Shown here piece by piece: positions 1-8,789 of a DNA stretch of 64,000 bases; position 1 is the first letter of the stretch, and each line of letters begins with the position of its first letter. The position numbers were made by a program, and so were the translations under genes. The stretch spans positions 366,869 to 430,868 of the forward strand of contig CAKVLP010000001.1 of assembly GCA_934757825.1 (NCBI GenBank), given 5' to 3'. A model generated the notes under the pieces. The model worked only from the letters and a program-made list of their open reading frames with translations, was not told the DNA's origin and searched no databases. The DNA comes from an uncultured Clostridia bacterium. GTDB taxonomy: Bacteria > Bacillota > Clostridia > Christensenellales > UBA1242.

Positions 1-558
1 AAGATATGCGTAACTTTCGTACATAAATACAAAAAGTTGTTTAAATCGGTGTCGAGCGTGTTTTACGATAGGTATCTAAGCGAACCTATTACATCGGACG
101 CTTCCCTTTTGGAAAACATCGTAAAAATTCACTCGCTCAAAGATAAAACCACTCCAACTGGAGAAAAACTTAACTTTGTTACGAGTTTTGAAAATTACTT
201 TGGCGACGATATTGTAAGTTCGGACTGTGTGCTAGAAAAATTCAGCCGAAACCAGTTTGACGAAGCGCACCAGCACATTGTGGAAAACAAACAATATATG
301 GTGGTTGAAAAACTTACCGACAAACAAGTTGCCGACTATATATATTACACCTATGGCATTAAGGCAAGCGATATGGAAAAAATTAGCAAACCGCTTTTAA
401 ACGAAATTTTGACGAGCGTGGTTGGTATTACCAAAGCGTCGGCAAGACAGATTGGAAGAGTGACCAAAATATCGCTAAGATACCTATGGGGATTGTTTAA
501 GAAAAAAGACAAATCAGAAAAAGAGATTGAAAAGGAAGTTGTGAAGGAGACTAAATGA
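1..558 (+). CDS. hypothetical protein, probably 5'-truncated by the window edge
   Basis: Frame 1 is open from nt 1 (no stop in nt 1-36), so the TTG at 37 is probably not the true start. Stop TGA 556-558 overlaps the next ATG (ATGA coupling). Lys/Glu-rich C-terminal tail. No family recognised. Confidence 0.5.
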   Translation, partial: KICVTFVHKYKKLFKSVSSVFYDRYLSEPITSDASLLENIVKIHSLKDKTTPTGEKLNFVTSFENYFGDDIVSSDCVLEKFSRNQFDEAHQHIVENKQYMVVEKLTDKQVADYIYYTYGIKASDMEKISKPLLNEILTSVVGITKASARQIGRVTKISLRYLWGLFKKKDKSEKEIEKEVVKETK

Positions 559-1418
559 AAAAATTCGGAAAGAGATTTTGGATAAATCTAGTGGTCATCA
601 TAGTGGTGGGCATTTTTTCCGGTGTTTTTGTAGGAAACTTTTACGTGAGCAGATATATGGGCGGTCTTAAAGTGGACGCACTGCCAGACGAAACAGCAAT
701 TCGCGACAACATTGGCACAGTTATGCGTGACACCAAGAATAAGTCGGTTGCACAGATTTCTGCTACCAACAACTACATATTGGCAGAGTACTACCTAAAC
801 CAAAAATCGTATGTTAAGCGAAACACCTACGGCAAGGTTGTGGCAGCGGGCGTTGCACAAAACCTTGTAAGCACCAAAGCGCTTGTGGGTGGCGAGTATT
901 ATAGCGAAGAGGTAAGCCAAGGAATGGTTAACCTTGCAACAAAATACTACTACGTTAAAAACTCCGACACTGTGAGTTTGTATAAAGGTAGCGTTGATAA
1001 ATCGCTAAAAACCGATTACTCAAAAGCCAAAGAAGAGAAGATGACTATTGATGACTTTAATAGCAAAAATGGCGTTAAGGCGAATTACTTCTTGAATTAC
1101 ATAGTTAGTTCTAATACAGTTTTGTCGGAAAAATACAACGGCAAAGTGGGTGATAGACATTCGTTTAGCCTAAAACTTGAAACCAGTTATTCGGTTAAAA
1201 ACTATATGTACAAAATCAAACAAACCTCAAACAGTAGCGAGTTCCCAGTTTTTGAAAGCATTGATTTGACGTTTGAGATTGGCGACGACTTTACACTTTA
1301 CAAGATTGAATACAAAGAAGTGTACAAGGTTGCAATTGCAGTGCTTGGTCAGGTTACAACCACCGGCACGCTTACCGACGAGTTTACTTATGATAATAGT
1401 TTTGTGATACCTAGATAA
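555..1418 (+). CDS. N-terminally membrane-anchored hypothetical protein (287 aa)
   Basis: RBS GAAGGAGA at 544-550. One N-terminal TM helix (FWINLVVIIVVGIFSGVFVG) followed by a beta-rich Tyr/Lys/Ser-rich ectodomain. Translationally coupled to flanking genes. Confidence 0.6.
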   Translation: MKKFGKRFWINLVVIIVVGIFSGVFVGNFYVSRYMGGLKVDALPDETAIRDNIGTVMRDTKNKSVAQISATNNYILAEYYLNQKSYVKRNTYGKVVAAGVAQNLVSTKALVGGEYYSEEVSQGMVNLATKYYYVKNSDTVSLYKGSVDKSLKTDYSKAKEEKMTIDDFNSKNGVKANYFLNYIVSSNTVLSEKYNGKVGDRHSFSLKLETSYSVKNYMYKIKQTSNSSEFPVFESIDLTFEIGDDFTLYKIEYKEVYKVAIAVLGQVTTTGTLTDEFTYDNSFVIPR

Positions 1419-1426
1419 GGAGAAAA

Positions 1427-4400
1427 ATGAAAAATCCAGCATTAAAAAAGAAAAGGAATTGGAGAAATATACTTACATATATTGCTACATATATTGTAGT
1501 AACTTTTTCCGTTGCTTTTGTGGTTGTTTCGTTTTCCAACAAAACTTATTCGGCTGGAAACACCGAACTAAAACCTAACACCAGTAGTTCGAGCGCGCTT
1601 GGAATGATGGTTACGCGCCTTATGGAAATGCAGGACGCCAACCTTGTGCTCAATGTAGACGCCGATAGAGGTGAGGACGAGATTGGGCTACAAGCCGACA
1701 TAAACCTTGTGATGTATCCGGGTTTGGAGGGCGCCGAAGTTAATGTAAACGCCGGACTTACCTACAACGATATATACTTTGATGTTAGTTTGACATACAA
1801 AGACGGAATGGCATATGTGTCGATTGGCGACAAAAATTATAGTATGAGCGCGTCGAGCATTATGTCGGCGACAATGAGCGTGTTGTCACTATGCGGAATT
1901 GACATTGACCTTAGTGGCGACCTTATGTCGAGTTTCGATATGAGTTTGCTAGATAGCCTTGGCGAGATTAAAGAGGAAAAACTTGATAATGGCGCTAAAT
2001 TAACAATCGCCCTTAACGACGCTATTAAGGTAGTTATACTTACTGACAAAGACTATAATATTAAAAATGTAAACTTAGACCGCATTACACTTAGCGGAAT
2101 GAATGTGGGTGCAAACGTGGTTTTCAATTCCACAAATAAGGGAACAAAAGTTAATGTTCCTAGCAAAGAATTTGTGGACGTAAGCGAAAGCGTTGGGCTT
2201 ATTGAAACCCTTTACAATACAGTTGCTGGCAAGAAAATTGGATTTAACTTTGACGCATTTGAAAGCCAAGTAAGCGTTGCGCTTGACCTTGAAAACAACA
2301 GTATGCAAGCAAAAGTTAACGCGCTTGACAACGACTTTGCACTTACTTTTAAAGACAACAAAATTTATTTGGACGCGGGTGTGCTAAAATTAAAATCCGA
2401 CCTTCCAAAGTTTGATTTACAACAACTTACTGGCGTTGTGGGTGCTTTGAGCGACGAGCAAGCGGACAAAATTAAAACAGTTTTGACTAAGGCTTACGAC
2501 GCGGTTAAAAATATTAACCTTAAAAATATCACCAAAACTGAATATGGATATGCTGTTAACTTTAACGATACACTAATTAAGTTTAAAGTAGTAGATGGCA
2601 AAGTAAATAGCATTGAAGTGGACGATACTTGCATTATCAACTTGTTTAGCGACGTTGCAATTTCGGTGGCAGACGAAAACTTTACAAATGTGACCAACTT
2701 AAAGTTCTTGCTACAACCTATTAGATCGCTTCTTAACGACAAGCAGTTTAGTGCTAATGTAGAACTTAGTGTATCCGACTTTACTCTTAACGGCATACTT
2801 AGCGTAGACTTTAAAGACAACAAACTTGTGCAGTTTAAGGCAGAGGTTATGGGTGTTGAAGTTATGCTAACCGTTACAAAAGACGGCGTGTACTTAAAAG
2901 CGGACGACATTAAGGTTATGACCGATTTTGCGTCGATTAGCAATGTGCTAGACGAGTTAAAATCGGACAGCGACAAGACAGATATTAACGACACACTTCA
3001 AAGAATTTTGAAAAAAACTATTGAGTTTGTAAAACCTAGCGCGAGCCAACTTGACGTAAAATATGGCGACTATACAATTAGCGTTGTTGCCGACGCGGGC
3101 AAATTTGATAGCATTAAAATTGCAAGCGACAAATTAAACGCAAACGTTAAATTTGCGGACGAATTTACAGTTGAGCAAAACTTTGAAGATTATGAAAAAA
3201 TAGACATCACAAAAGAAAAAATTGAAAGTATCAAAAACGCTGTTACTGGTAAAGTATATTCCTTTGACGGCACAGTAAATATTGGCGACACCACAATTGG
3301 TATCGAGGCAAAAGCGGATTTGACCGATTTACAAGACATCAAAGCCGAAGCGAAAATTGTGGCATATGACAAAACAATTGAAGTAAATGTTCAAGACAAC
3401 ACAATCTATGTAAAACTTGACGGTATTAAAATTAGCGGTTCGTTTAATGAAATAGTAGAACTAATAAACGCTGTTATGGATAGAATTAACGTCGTGCAAA
3501 CATACAGCCTAGAAGCCCCAAGCGGACTAGAAATTAAAGACATTCATCTAAGCCTAGTGGACGAGGAAATCGTGGTTTCGCTTAGCGTTAATGATAAAGT
3601 AATTTCGGCGGTACTTGACCTAAGCGAGTTAAGCCTTGACCTTAGAGCGGGCGAGGTTGTGGCAAGTGTGGCAGTCGATAAAGCAAGCGAGGTTAATACG
3701 CTTAGCCCAGCCGAAACGAGCGAGTACACCGCACAAGCGACACGCCTTTACGACTTGGCTGTTAGCGCCCTTAACACAGCAAAGGCCGAGCGGGTTCACG
3801 CAATTGCAACGCTCAATATCGCGGGCGAGATAATTGAGGTGGAATTAGGACTTGTCCACACCGACACAATCACAGTAAAATTTGAAACCACATTCAAAGG
3901 CATTAAGGTTGTGGGTTATGTGGCAGACAACAAAGTTTACATCAACGTGTTTGATATTTGCTTTATGTTTAACCTTAACAATTTGGATAAAAACCTAAAT
4001 CAAATAGCCGAAATATTCGACCTTGACCTTGGCGCAACTAAGGACATCGCTACAATTATTGAAACAATAAAACTTAACAATATTACAAAATTTGAGACCG
4101 ACAAAAACTCGTTTAAACTTACTTACAACGACATTGCATTAAAAGTGTTTACCTACAACGAGTTGATTTCAAGAGTTCAAGTAAACTATAACGATATTGA
4201 CGTAAATTTCTCAATAACATATCCAAACAATTATAGAATTGTTGTGTCCAACAACCGCGTTATCGAACTTGACAACTTGGCACCTGTTGGCAACGCGTTC
4301 TACAACACATTTAAGTCGCGCTCAATTTCTGGCGACATCGACTTGACGTTTGACCTATTTAAAGAGACCAACAGAATTACTGTAAACTATGGCGTTAAGA

Positions 4401-7400
4401 TTGGCGAAAACTTGACCGACATTTCGGGATATATTAAGACCACATTCAAAAATCTTGACATCAATATTTACTACATTGATAAGACATTCTATCTAGACGT
4501 TATCGGACTAAAATTAAAACTAAAATTTGACGATATTCCAAGCCTAGTAGATTGGATTAACGAAAACTTTGGCACGGATATCAATGTTGATAAATTGTTT
4601 GAAGACTTTAACATTGACGACCTTAGCCTTGACTTTATCACAAACGCGCACTTCGGCGACGACACCGTGACCGCAACTCTAATGGACAATATTCGCATAA
4701 CGGCCGAATACACCGACGTGTTTAATAGGGTTACTTTTGAAAATGGCACAACTAAGGCGATTTTGAATTGCACAAGGTTTGACGACTTTACGCTTAATGC
4801 GGTTGACACCGCCGACTTCGATAATTACACAGTTATTACCGATATTGTGGACGCTATCTACAACACCGCAAAACTAAGACAGTTTAACATCGTGGCAAAT
4901 AGCAAAGTGTTTAGAAACAATGCGGATTATCTAAATATCGACCTAAATCTAGCGCTTGATATTATTGAGAACACATTGGCTGACGGCACTAAGTCTACTA
5001 AGTTAAACGCAGGCGGAAGCGCGCGCGTTAGTGGCGAGACAAATGTTGCCCTAGATGTAAATTATCAAAACGAAAAACTTTATGTAAATTGGGAAGGCTT
5101 AAAACTAAGTATTCACAAAAATAGTATCAAAGAGATTTTGGGAATTGTGTTGCAAGTATTGAATGTAGACACTTCGGGCATTCCTGCACTTGAAAAAATC
5201 AAGAAAGAATTTGACATCGACACCGACAATTTGGGACAAATCGTTCCTACGTTATCGAATATCAATCCACTAAATTACTTGGAGTATATTAAGGGAATTG
5301 ATGTGACCGACGGCAAACTTCAAATTGTTATGAACGGTCAAAAACTTAACGGCGACCCTGACTTCAACCCAGCTATCACATTTGAAATGGCTGGCGGAAA
5401 ACTAGCAAACGTTGAGATTGAAAAACTTTACACTGGCGTTACTGCGGACGAAAATATCACTGTTAGCGTCCAACTAAAAGACTTCAACGGTGTGACCCAA
5501 GTATACGACAACGACTACATTGATATTTCAAATAGTTCGGATATTATAAGGGCATTTGTTAATACTTCGAACATGAACGACTATCATGTAAATGGTAGCG
5601 TTATAATGAACCTAAAACTTGGAAGTCTTGCAATTGATGCTGCAAAACTTAGTGTGGATATTAAAGTAAAACTAGATAATGATAAAAAGCCTATAATTGC
5701 GGTTGAAATTGGAAACTATCCTTTGATTGGTCTTGTTAATAATAAAAACACCAACGGTGTTGGAGATACGGGAATAGGTTTGATAAATCAGCGACATCGC
5801 ACGATTTATATTTATTATCGTGATGGAGAGATGTATCTTCAAACATCGGACGAACAGTGGGGATGGGGATTGATGTCTTATAAACAACTTGATCGGGTTA
5901 CCAAAGTTACACCAAGTTATTTGATGAATAATCTTAATTATTATATGCAGTGGTTGTTGGGCTTTACTGATAAAATTCAATCAAAAATCAACGAGGCAAT
6001 TGAAACAAGTAATAAGAATAAAGAAAAGGCACTTTCGGAAGGTTCTTTTGATTATAGCAATATTATCTTAAACTATGTAAAAAATGGTAACACTCATTCA
6101 TTTGATGTAAACATTGGAAAACTTGCTTACAATGACGACCTTGGCACTCTTCATGTTGATCTATCGACAGTTAATAATGCAAACACCGGAAACAAAGATT
6201 ATTTAGGCACAATCAACTTTAATCTTGATTTATTAAACAGCCTAATAATCTTAAAAACAGATAACAATAACAATTTAAAACTAACCGATATTGGTAGTAG
6301 TGTGGATATTTCTAACGCGTTAGTTGCTCTAAGTGATTCAAGATTCCAACTTGACGGGGAATACGAGAAAGAGGGCACTGGGAAATGGAATATGGCAAAT
6401 CAAGGAGATCGCACGGTTGTGTTGTATGATGGCGAAACATATGTTGCAACACTTACTGGGGCAATTGGTACTGCCATCAATCTTCCAGCATATTCTAATA
6501 GAGTGATTGACGATGGCAAGTCCGAAAAAGTTTATGTGTTCTTAGGCTGGTTTACAGCGGACGGAACGAAGTATACATCTACGGCATATCCTAGATATGA
6601 TACGACATTGTACACTAAGTGGAATTTAATAAGTGAAAGAACATACCATACAATTGAGTTTGTAACTAACGAAAATATTTCAGTAGAAAGTATTACGCGT
6701 TTGAATGGTGAACAGATAAATTTACCAGTGCTTAAAAACATTGAAATGGAGTATGATGATAATACGTCAATTCTAAAAGTGTTTAAGGGTTGGTACTTGG
6801 ATGAAAACTTTACGGAGTTGTATACCTCGGATACAATGCCAGACAGCGATGTTACTTTGTATGCTAAGTGGGAGACTCTGGAAACAAAGACTTACCATGT
6901 AAGTATATTTAGTGCTGGGACAGAGGTGTATAGCGGAAAAGTTCAGGCAGGTGTAAGTTTTGAATTCCCAGTAAACAATTTCTTTAAGAAAGATACTCTG
7001 TATTACTTGGATGCTGACTTTACGACACAAGTGACAAATTTTGTAATTAACAATGATACAACTTGGTATGCTAAAAACAAATACAATTACACAATCTACT
7101 CCAAATATACAACATTAAATGGTGCAGAATATAACAAACTTGAAAATGTTTACGAAGGAAGTACGATTACACTTCCTACATACTCAAATTACGAAATCGA
7201 TAATTTCTCTTATACTACTGAATACCATTTTATGGGGTGGAGTAAAGATGGAGATGCTACACTTATTAAAGGAAACACTGTTGTAGTCGCTGGCGATAGC
7301 AGTTATGTTGCAGTGTGGGAAGTAAAAGAGTATTGTGTTGTGACCTTTAATCCTAAGGGTTGGGCAAATCCAGCATGGTGGACTATCACTAAGAATATTA

Positions 7401-7672
7401 GATACATCTCTAATAGTTCGGTTTCGGGCACCAACAATAATACACTTAAAGTAGAGCGTGGTAAGAGTATTGATTTGACAATTTACAAAGCAACTTGCGT
7501 GTATGGCTATAAATTTGGCATAGAAAAGAAATACAGTTTTGAAACTGTAGCTTGGGCTGAAAATGCGATAAATCTATACGATGTTGCTGGTAGTTCACAG
7601 AAGTATAGCGGTGATACTACAATGACGATTGACAGCAATATTACTTTACAACCAGTATGGAAACATGTTTAA
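1427..7672 (+). CDS. giant (2081 aa) N-terminally anchored surface protein with C-terminal Listeria-Bacteroides (Flg_new / InlB B-repeat type) repeats
   Basis: RBS AAGGAGAA at 1418-1425, 9 nt after the previous stop. N-terminal TM helix (ILTYIATYIVVTFSVAFVVVSF). Uninterrupted 6.2-kb ORF. C-terminal units such as FLGWFTADGTKYTS...TLYTKWN and FKGWYLDENFTELYT...VTLYAKWE. Confidence 0.85.
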   Translation: MKNPALKKKRNWRNILTYIATYIVVTFSVAFVVVSFSNKTYSAGNTELKPNTSSSSALGMMVTRLMEMQDANLVLNVDADRGEDEIGLQADINLVMYPGLEGAEVNVNAGLTYNDIYFDVSLTYKDGMAYVSIGDKNYSMSASSIMSATMSVLSLCGIDIDLSGDLMSSFDMSLLDSLGEIKEEKLDNGAKLTIALNDAIKVVILTDKDYNIKNVNLDRITLSGMNVGANVVFNSTNKGTKVNVPSKEFVDVSESVGLIETLYNTVAGKKIGFNFDAFESQVSVALDLENNSMQAKVNALDNDFALTFKDNKIYLDAGVLKLKSDLPKFDLQQLTGVVGALSDEQADKIKTVLTKAYDAVKNINLKNITKTEYGYAVNFNDTLIKFKVVDGKVNSIEVDDTCIINLFSDVAISVADENFTNVTNLKFLLQPIRSLLNDKQFSANVELSVSDFTLNGILSVDFKDNKLVQFKAEVMGVEVMLTVTKDGVYLKADDIKVMTDFASISNVLDELKSDSDKTDINDTLQRILKKTIEFVKPSASQLDVKYGDYTISVVADAGKFDSIKIASDKLNANVKFADEFTVEQNFEDYEKIDITKEKIESIKNAVTGKVYSFDGTVNIGDTTIGIEAKADLTDLQDIKAEAKIVAYDKTIEVNVQDNTIYVKLDGIKISGSFNEIVELINAVMDRINVVQTYSLEAPSGLEIKDIHLSLVDEEIVVSLSVNDKVISAVLDLSELSLDLRAGEVVASVAVDKASEVNTLSPAETSEYTAQATRLYDLAVSALNTAKAERVHAIATLNIAGEIIEVELGLVHTDTITVKFETTFKGIKVVGYVADNKVYINVFDICFMFNLNNLDKNLNQIAEIFDLDLGATKDIATIIETIKLNNITKFETDKNSFKLTYNDIALKVFTYNELISRVQVNYNDIDVNFSITYPNNYRIVVSNNRVIELDNLAPVGNAFYNTFKSRSISGDIDLTFDLFKETNRITVNYGVKIGENLTDISGYIKTTFKNLDINIYYIDKTFYLDVIGLKLKLKFDDIPSLVDWINENFGTDINVDKLFEDFNIDDLSLDFITNAHFGDDTVTATLMDNIRITAEYTDVFNRVTFENGTTKAILNCTRFDDFTLNAVDTADFDNYTVITDIVDAIYNTAKLRQFNIVANSKVFRNNADYLNIDLNLALDIIENTLADGTKSTKLNAGGSARVSGETNVALDVNYQNEKLYVNWEGLKLSIHKNSIKEILGIVLQVLNVDTSGIPALEKIKKEFDIDTDNLGQIVPTLSNINPLNYLEYIKGIDVTDGKLQIVMNGQKLNGDPDFNPAITFEMAGGKLANVEIEKLYTGVTADENITVSVQLKDFNGVTQVYDNDYIDISNSSDIIRAFVNTSNMNDYHVNGSVIMNLKLGSLAIDAAKLSVDIKVKLDNDKKPIIAVEIGNYPLIGLVNNKNTNGVGDTGIGLINQRHRTIYIYYRDGEMYLQTSDEQWGWGLMSYKQLDRVTKVTPSYLMNNLNYYMQWLLGFTDKIQSKINEAIETSNKNKEKALSEGSFDYSNIILNYVKNGNTHSFDVNIGKLAYNDDLGTLHVDLSTVNNANTGNKDYLGTINFNLDLLNSLIILKTDNNNNLKLTDIGSSVDISNALVALSDSRFQLDGEYEKEGTGKWNMANQGDRTVVLYDGETYVATLTGAIGTAINLPAYSNRVIDDGKSEKVYVFLGWFTADGTKYTSTAYPRYDTTLYTKWNLISERTYHTIEFVTNENISVESITRLNGEQINLPVLKNIEMEYDDNTSILKVFKGWYLDENFTELYTSDTMPDSDVTLYAKWETLETKTYHVSIFSAGTEVYSGKVQAGVSFEFPVNNFFKKDTLYYLDADFTTQVTNFVINNDTTWYAKNKYNYTIYSKYTTLNGAEYNKLENVYEGSTITLPTYSNYEIDNFSYTTEYHFMGWSKDGDATLIKGNTVVVAGDSSYVAVWEVKEYCVVTFNPKGWANPAWWTITKNIRYISNSSVSGTNNNTLKVERGKSIDLTIYKATCVYGYKFGIEKKYSFETVAWAENAINLYDVAGSSQKYSGDTTMTIDSNITLQPVWKHV
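6407..7330 (+). repeat. about 5 tandem protein-level Flg_new-like repeats inside the 2081-aa ORF
   Basis: Recurrent pattern [FY]xGW[FYS]x(15-25)[LV][YW]A[KV]W at roughly 70-80 aa spacing (GWFTADG..YTKW, GWYLDEN..YAKW, YYLDADF..WYAK, MGWSKDG..VAVW). Boundaries approximate. Confidence 0.6.
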
Positions 7673-7680
7673 AAAAATAA

Positions 7681-7709
7681 AGACCCTGATTAAATTCAAG
7701 GTCTTTTTT
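7681..7709. terminator. intrinsic terminator shared by the convergent 2081-aa gene and the CYTH gene (copy A of a duplicated hairpin)
   Basis: AGACCCTGA-ttaaat-TCAAGGTCT (one C/A mismatch) followed by TTTTTT and preceded by an A-run. Located 9 nt after the stop at 7672. Confidence 0.7.
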
Positions 7710-7838
7710 ATTATAATGATTTAATATAATATAGTTTTATATCCGCTATGTTGTTTATAGCATATGTAATAGGACTTAATGATATTTTAAGTTGGCATAT
7801 TTGAGGTCGGAGTGTTTTATGTGAGTTATAAAACAACA

Positions 7839-8411
7839 TCAATTTTTGCAGTACTCGTCAATAACGCTATTTAATGCGTTTGTGTAAGTTTCTTTAAACT
7901 TAGGGTCTGTGCTAATGCGTGACCTTACAATACTGCCGTAAAGGTCTTGCTCGTCGCCAGTAATGTTTGCATCCCTTAAAAACTCGCTTAGTTCTTGCTT
8001 TGCGTCAAGCGAATCCTGATATTCTATTTCCACAAAGTTGCCTAGTATTTCCATTTCGTCTATAAATATTTTTAGCCCTTTATACAGCCTTACTTCTCTA
8101 AAACGTTTGAAAAACATATTTGGCTTCATTCCTATAAGTTGTAAGTAGTTTATGCCGTCGCCAAGGTTGTTTAGTGTGATTTCTTGTTCTAGCCAGCCGT
8201 CTGAGGTTTGCTTTTTAACTTCCATAGTTTTCTTGTCGGCTTTTTGCCTAATGCGACAAATGTATCCTTGTTTTTGTAAAGATTCTAGTCCGTGATATCC
8301 AAATATAATGTCCAACATATTGGTGCGCTGTTTGTATGGTTTTGTAAGTTCAATTATTCGGCTGATTGTTTGTTCGCTAATTTCGTAGCGTACTTCTTTT
8401 TCTATATTCAT
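7839..8411 (-). CDS. CYTH-domain protein (class IV adenylate cyclase / triphosphate tunnel metalloenzyme family)
   Basis: N-terminal EKEVRYEI (ExExK-like start of the tunnel), internal CRIRQ...MEVKK, and KIFIDEMEILGNFVEIEYQ resembling the CyaB/CYTH signature v.lD.v..LG.FvEiE. Confidence 0.6.
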   Translation of the reverse strand: MNIEKEVRYEISEQTISRIIELTKPYKQRTNMLDIIFGYHGLESLQKQGYICRIRQKADKKTMEVKKQTSDGWLEQEITLNNLGDGINYLQLIGMKPNMFFKRFREVRLYKGLKIFIDEMEILGNFVEIEYQDSLDAKQELSEFLRDANITGDEQDLYGSIVRSRISTDPKFKETYTNALNSVIDEYCKN

Positions 8412-8615
8412 ATTTTCCCTTCCTTTTAGTAAAGTATATCATAAAGTAAAAAAATATTAAATTAAATAATCCACATTAAAGAGTAAATGTATGCAAACTT
8501 GATATGAGACTTTTAATTTTGTTTAACTTAAAGAATAAATAAAAGTTGTAATAGTCCTTACTAAAATGGACTAGGCGCTATTTTAATATGAAATAATATA
8601 ATTAAACAAAGAAAG

Positions 8616-8645
8616 GACCTTGATTAAATTCAAGGTCTTTTTTTT
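8616..8645 (+). terminator. orphan intrinsic terminator (copy B of the duplicated hairpin), no + strand ORF upstream
   Basis: Perfect GACCTTGA-ttaaat-TCAAGGTC stem followed by 8 T. Identical to 7681-7709 apart from one base. Confidence 0.6.
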
Positions 8646-8737
8646 GTGGTTGTTGTAAATTATGTTAATTTTGGCAAAAATTGTAAACAAATAACACCAA
8701 ATGTGTATATTTACTTTGTCGTAGGCAAGTAGTTTGC

Positions 8738-8767
8738 TTGACTTAAAAAACAAATAAAAGTTATAAT
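8738..8767 (+). promoter_or_regulatory. sigma-70-type promoter candidate for the acyltransferase-like operon
   Basis: TTGACT (8738-8743), 18-nt spacer, TATAAT (8762-8767), about 25 nt upstream of the ORF. Confidence 0.4.
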
Positions 8768-8789
8768 ATTTTATATTAAACTCGACTAA

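Noticed and set aside
2494-2994. 166-aa minus-strand ORF, plus many similar 60-125-aa antisense or off-frame ORFs inside the 2081-, 1222- and 4097-aa genes (for example 4489-4809, 5672-5980, 30616-30993, 57859-58209, 63355-63684).
   Set aside because: They lie entirely within long, well-supported ORFs and have no RBS. Their Ser/Leu/Ile/Phe-rich low-complexity translations are typical of shadow ORFs in AT-rich DNA.
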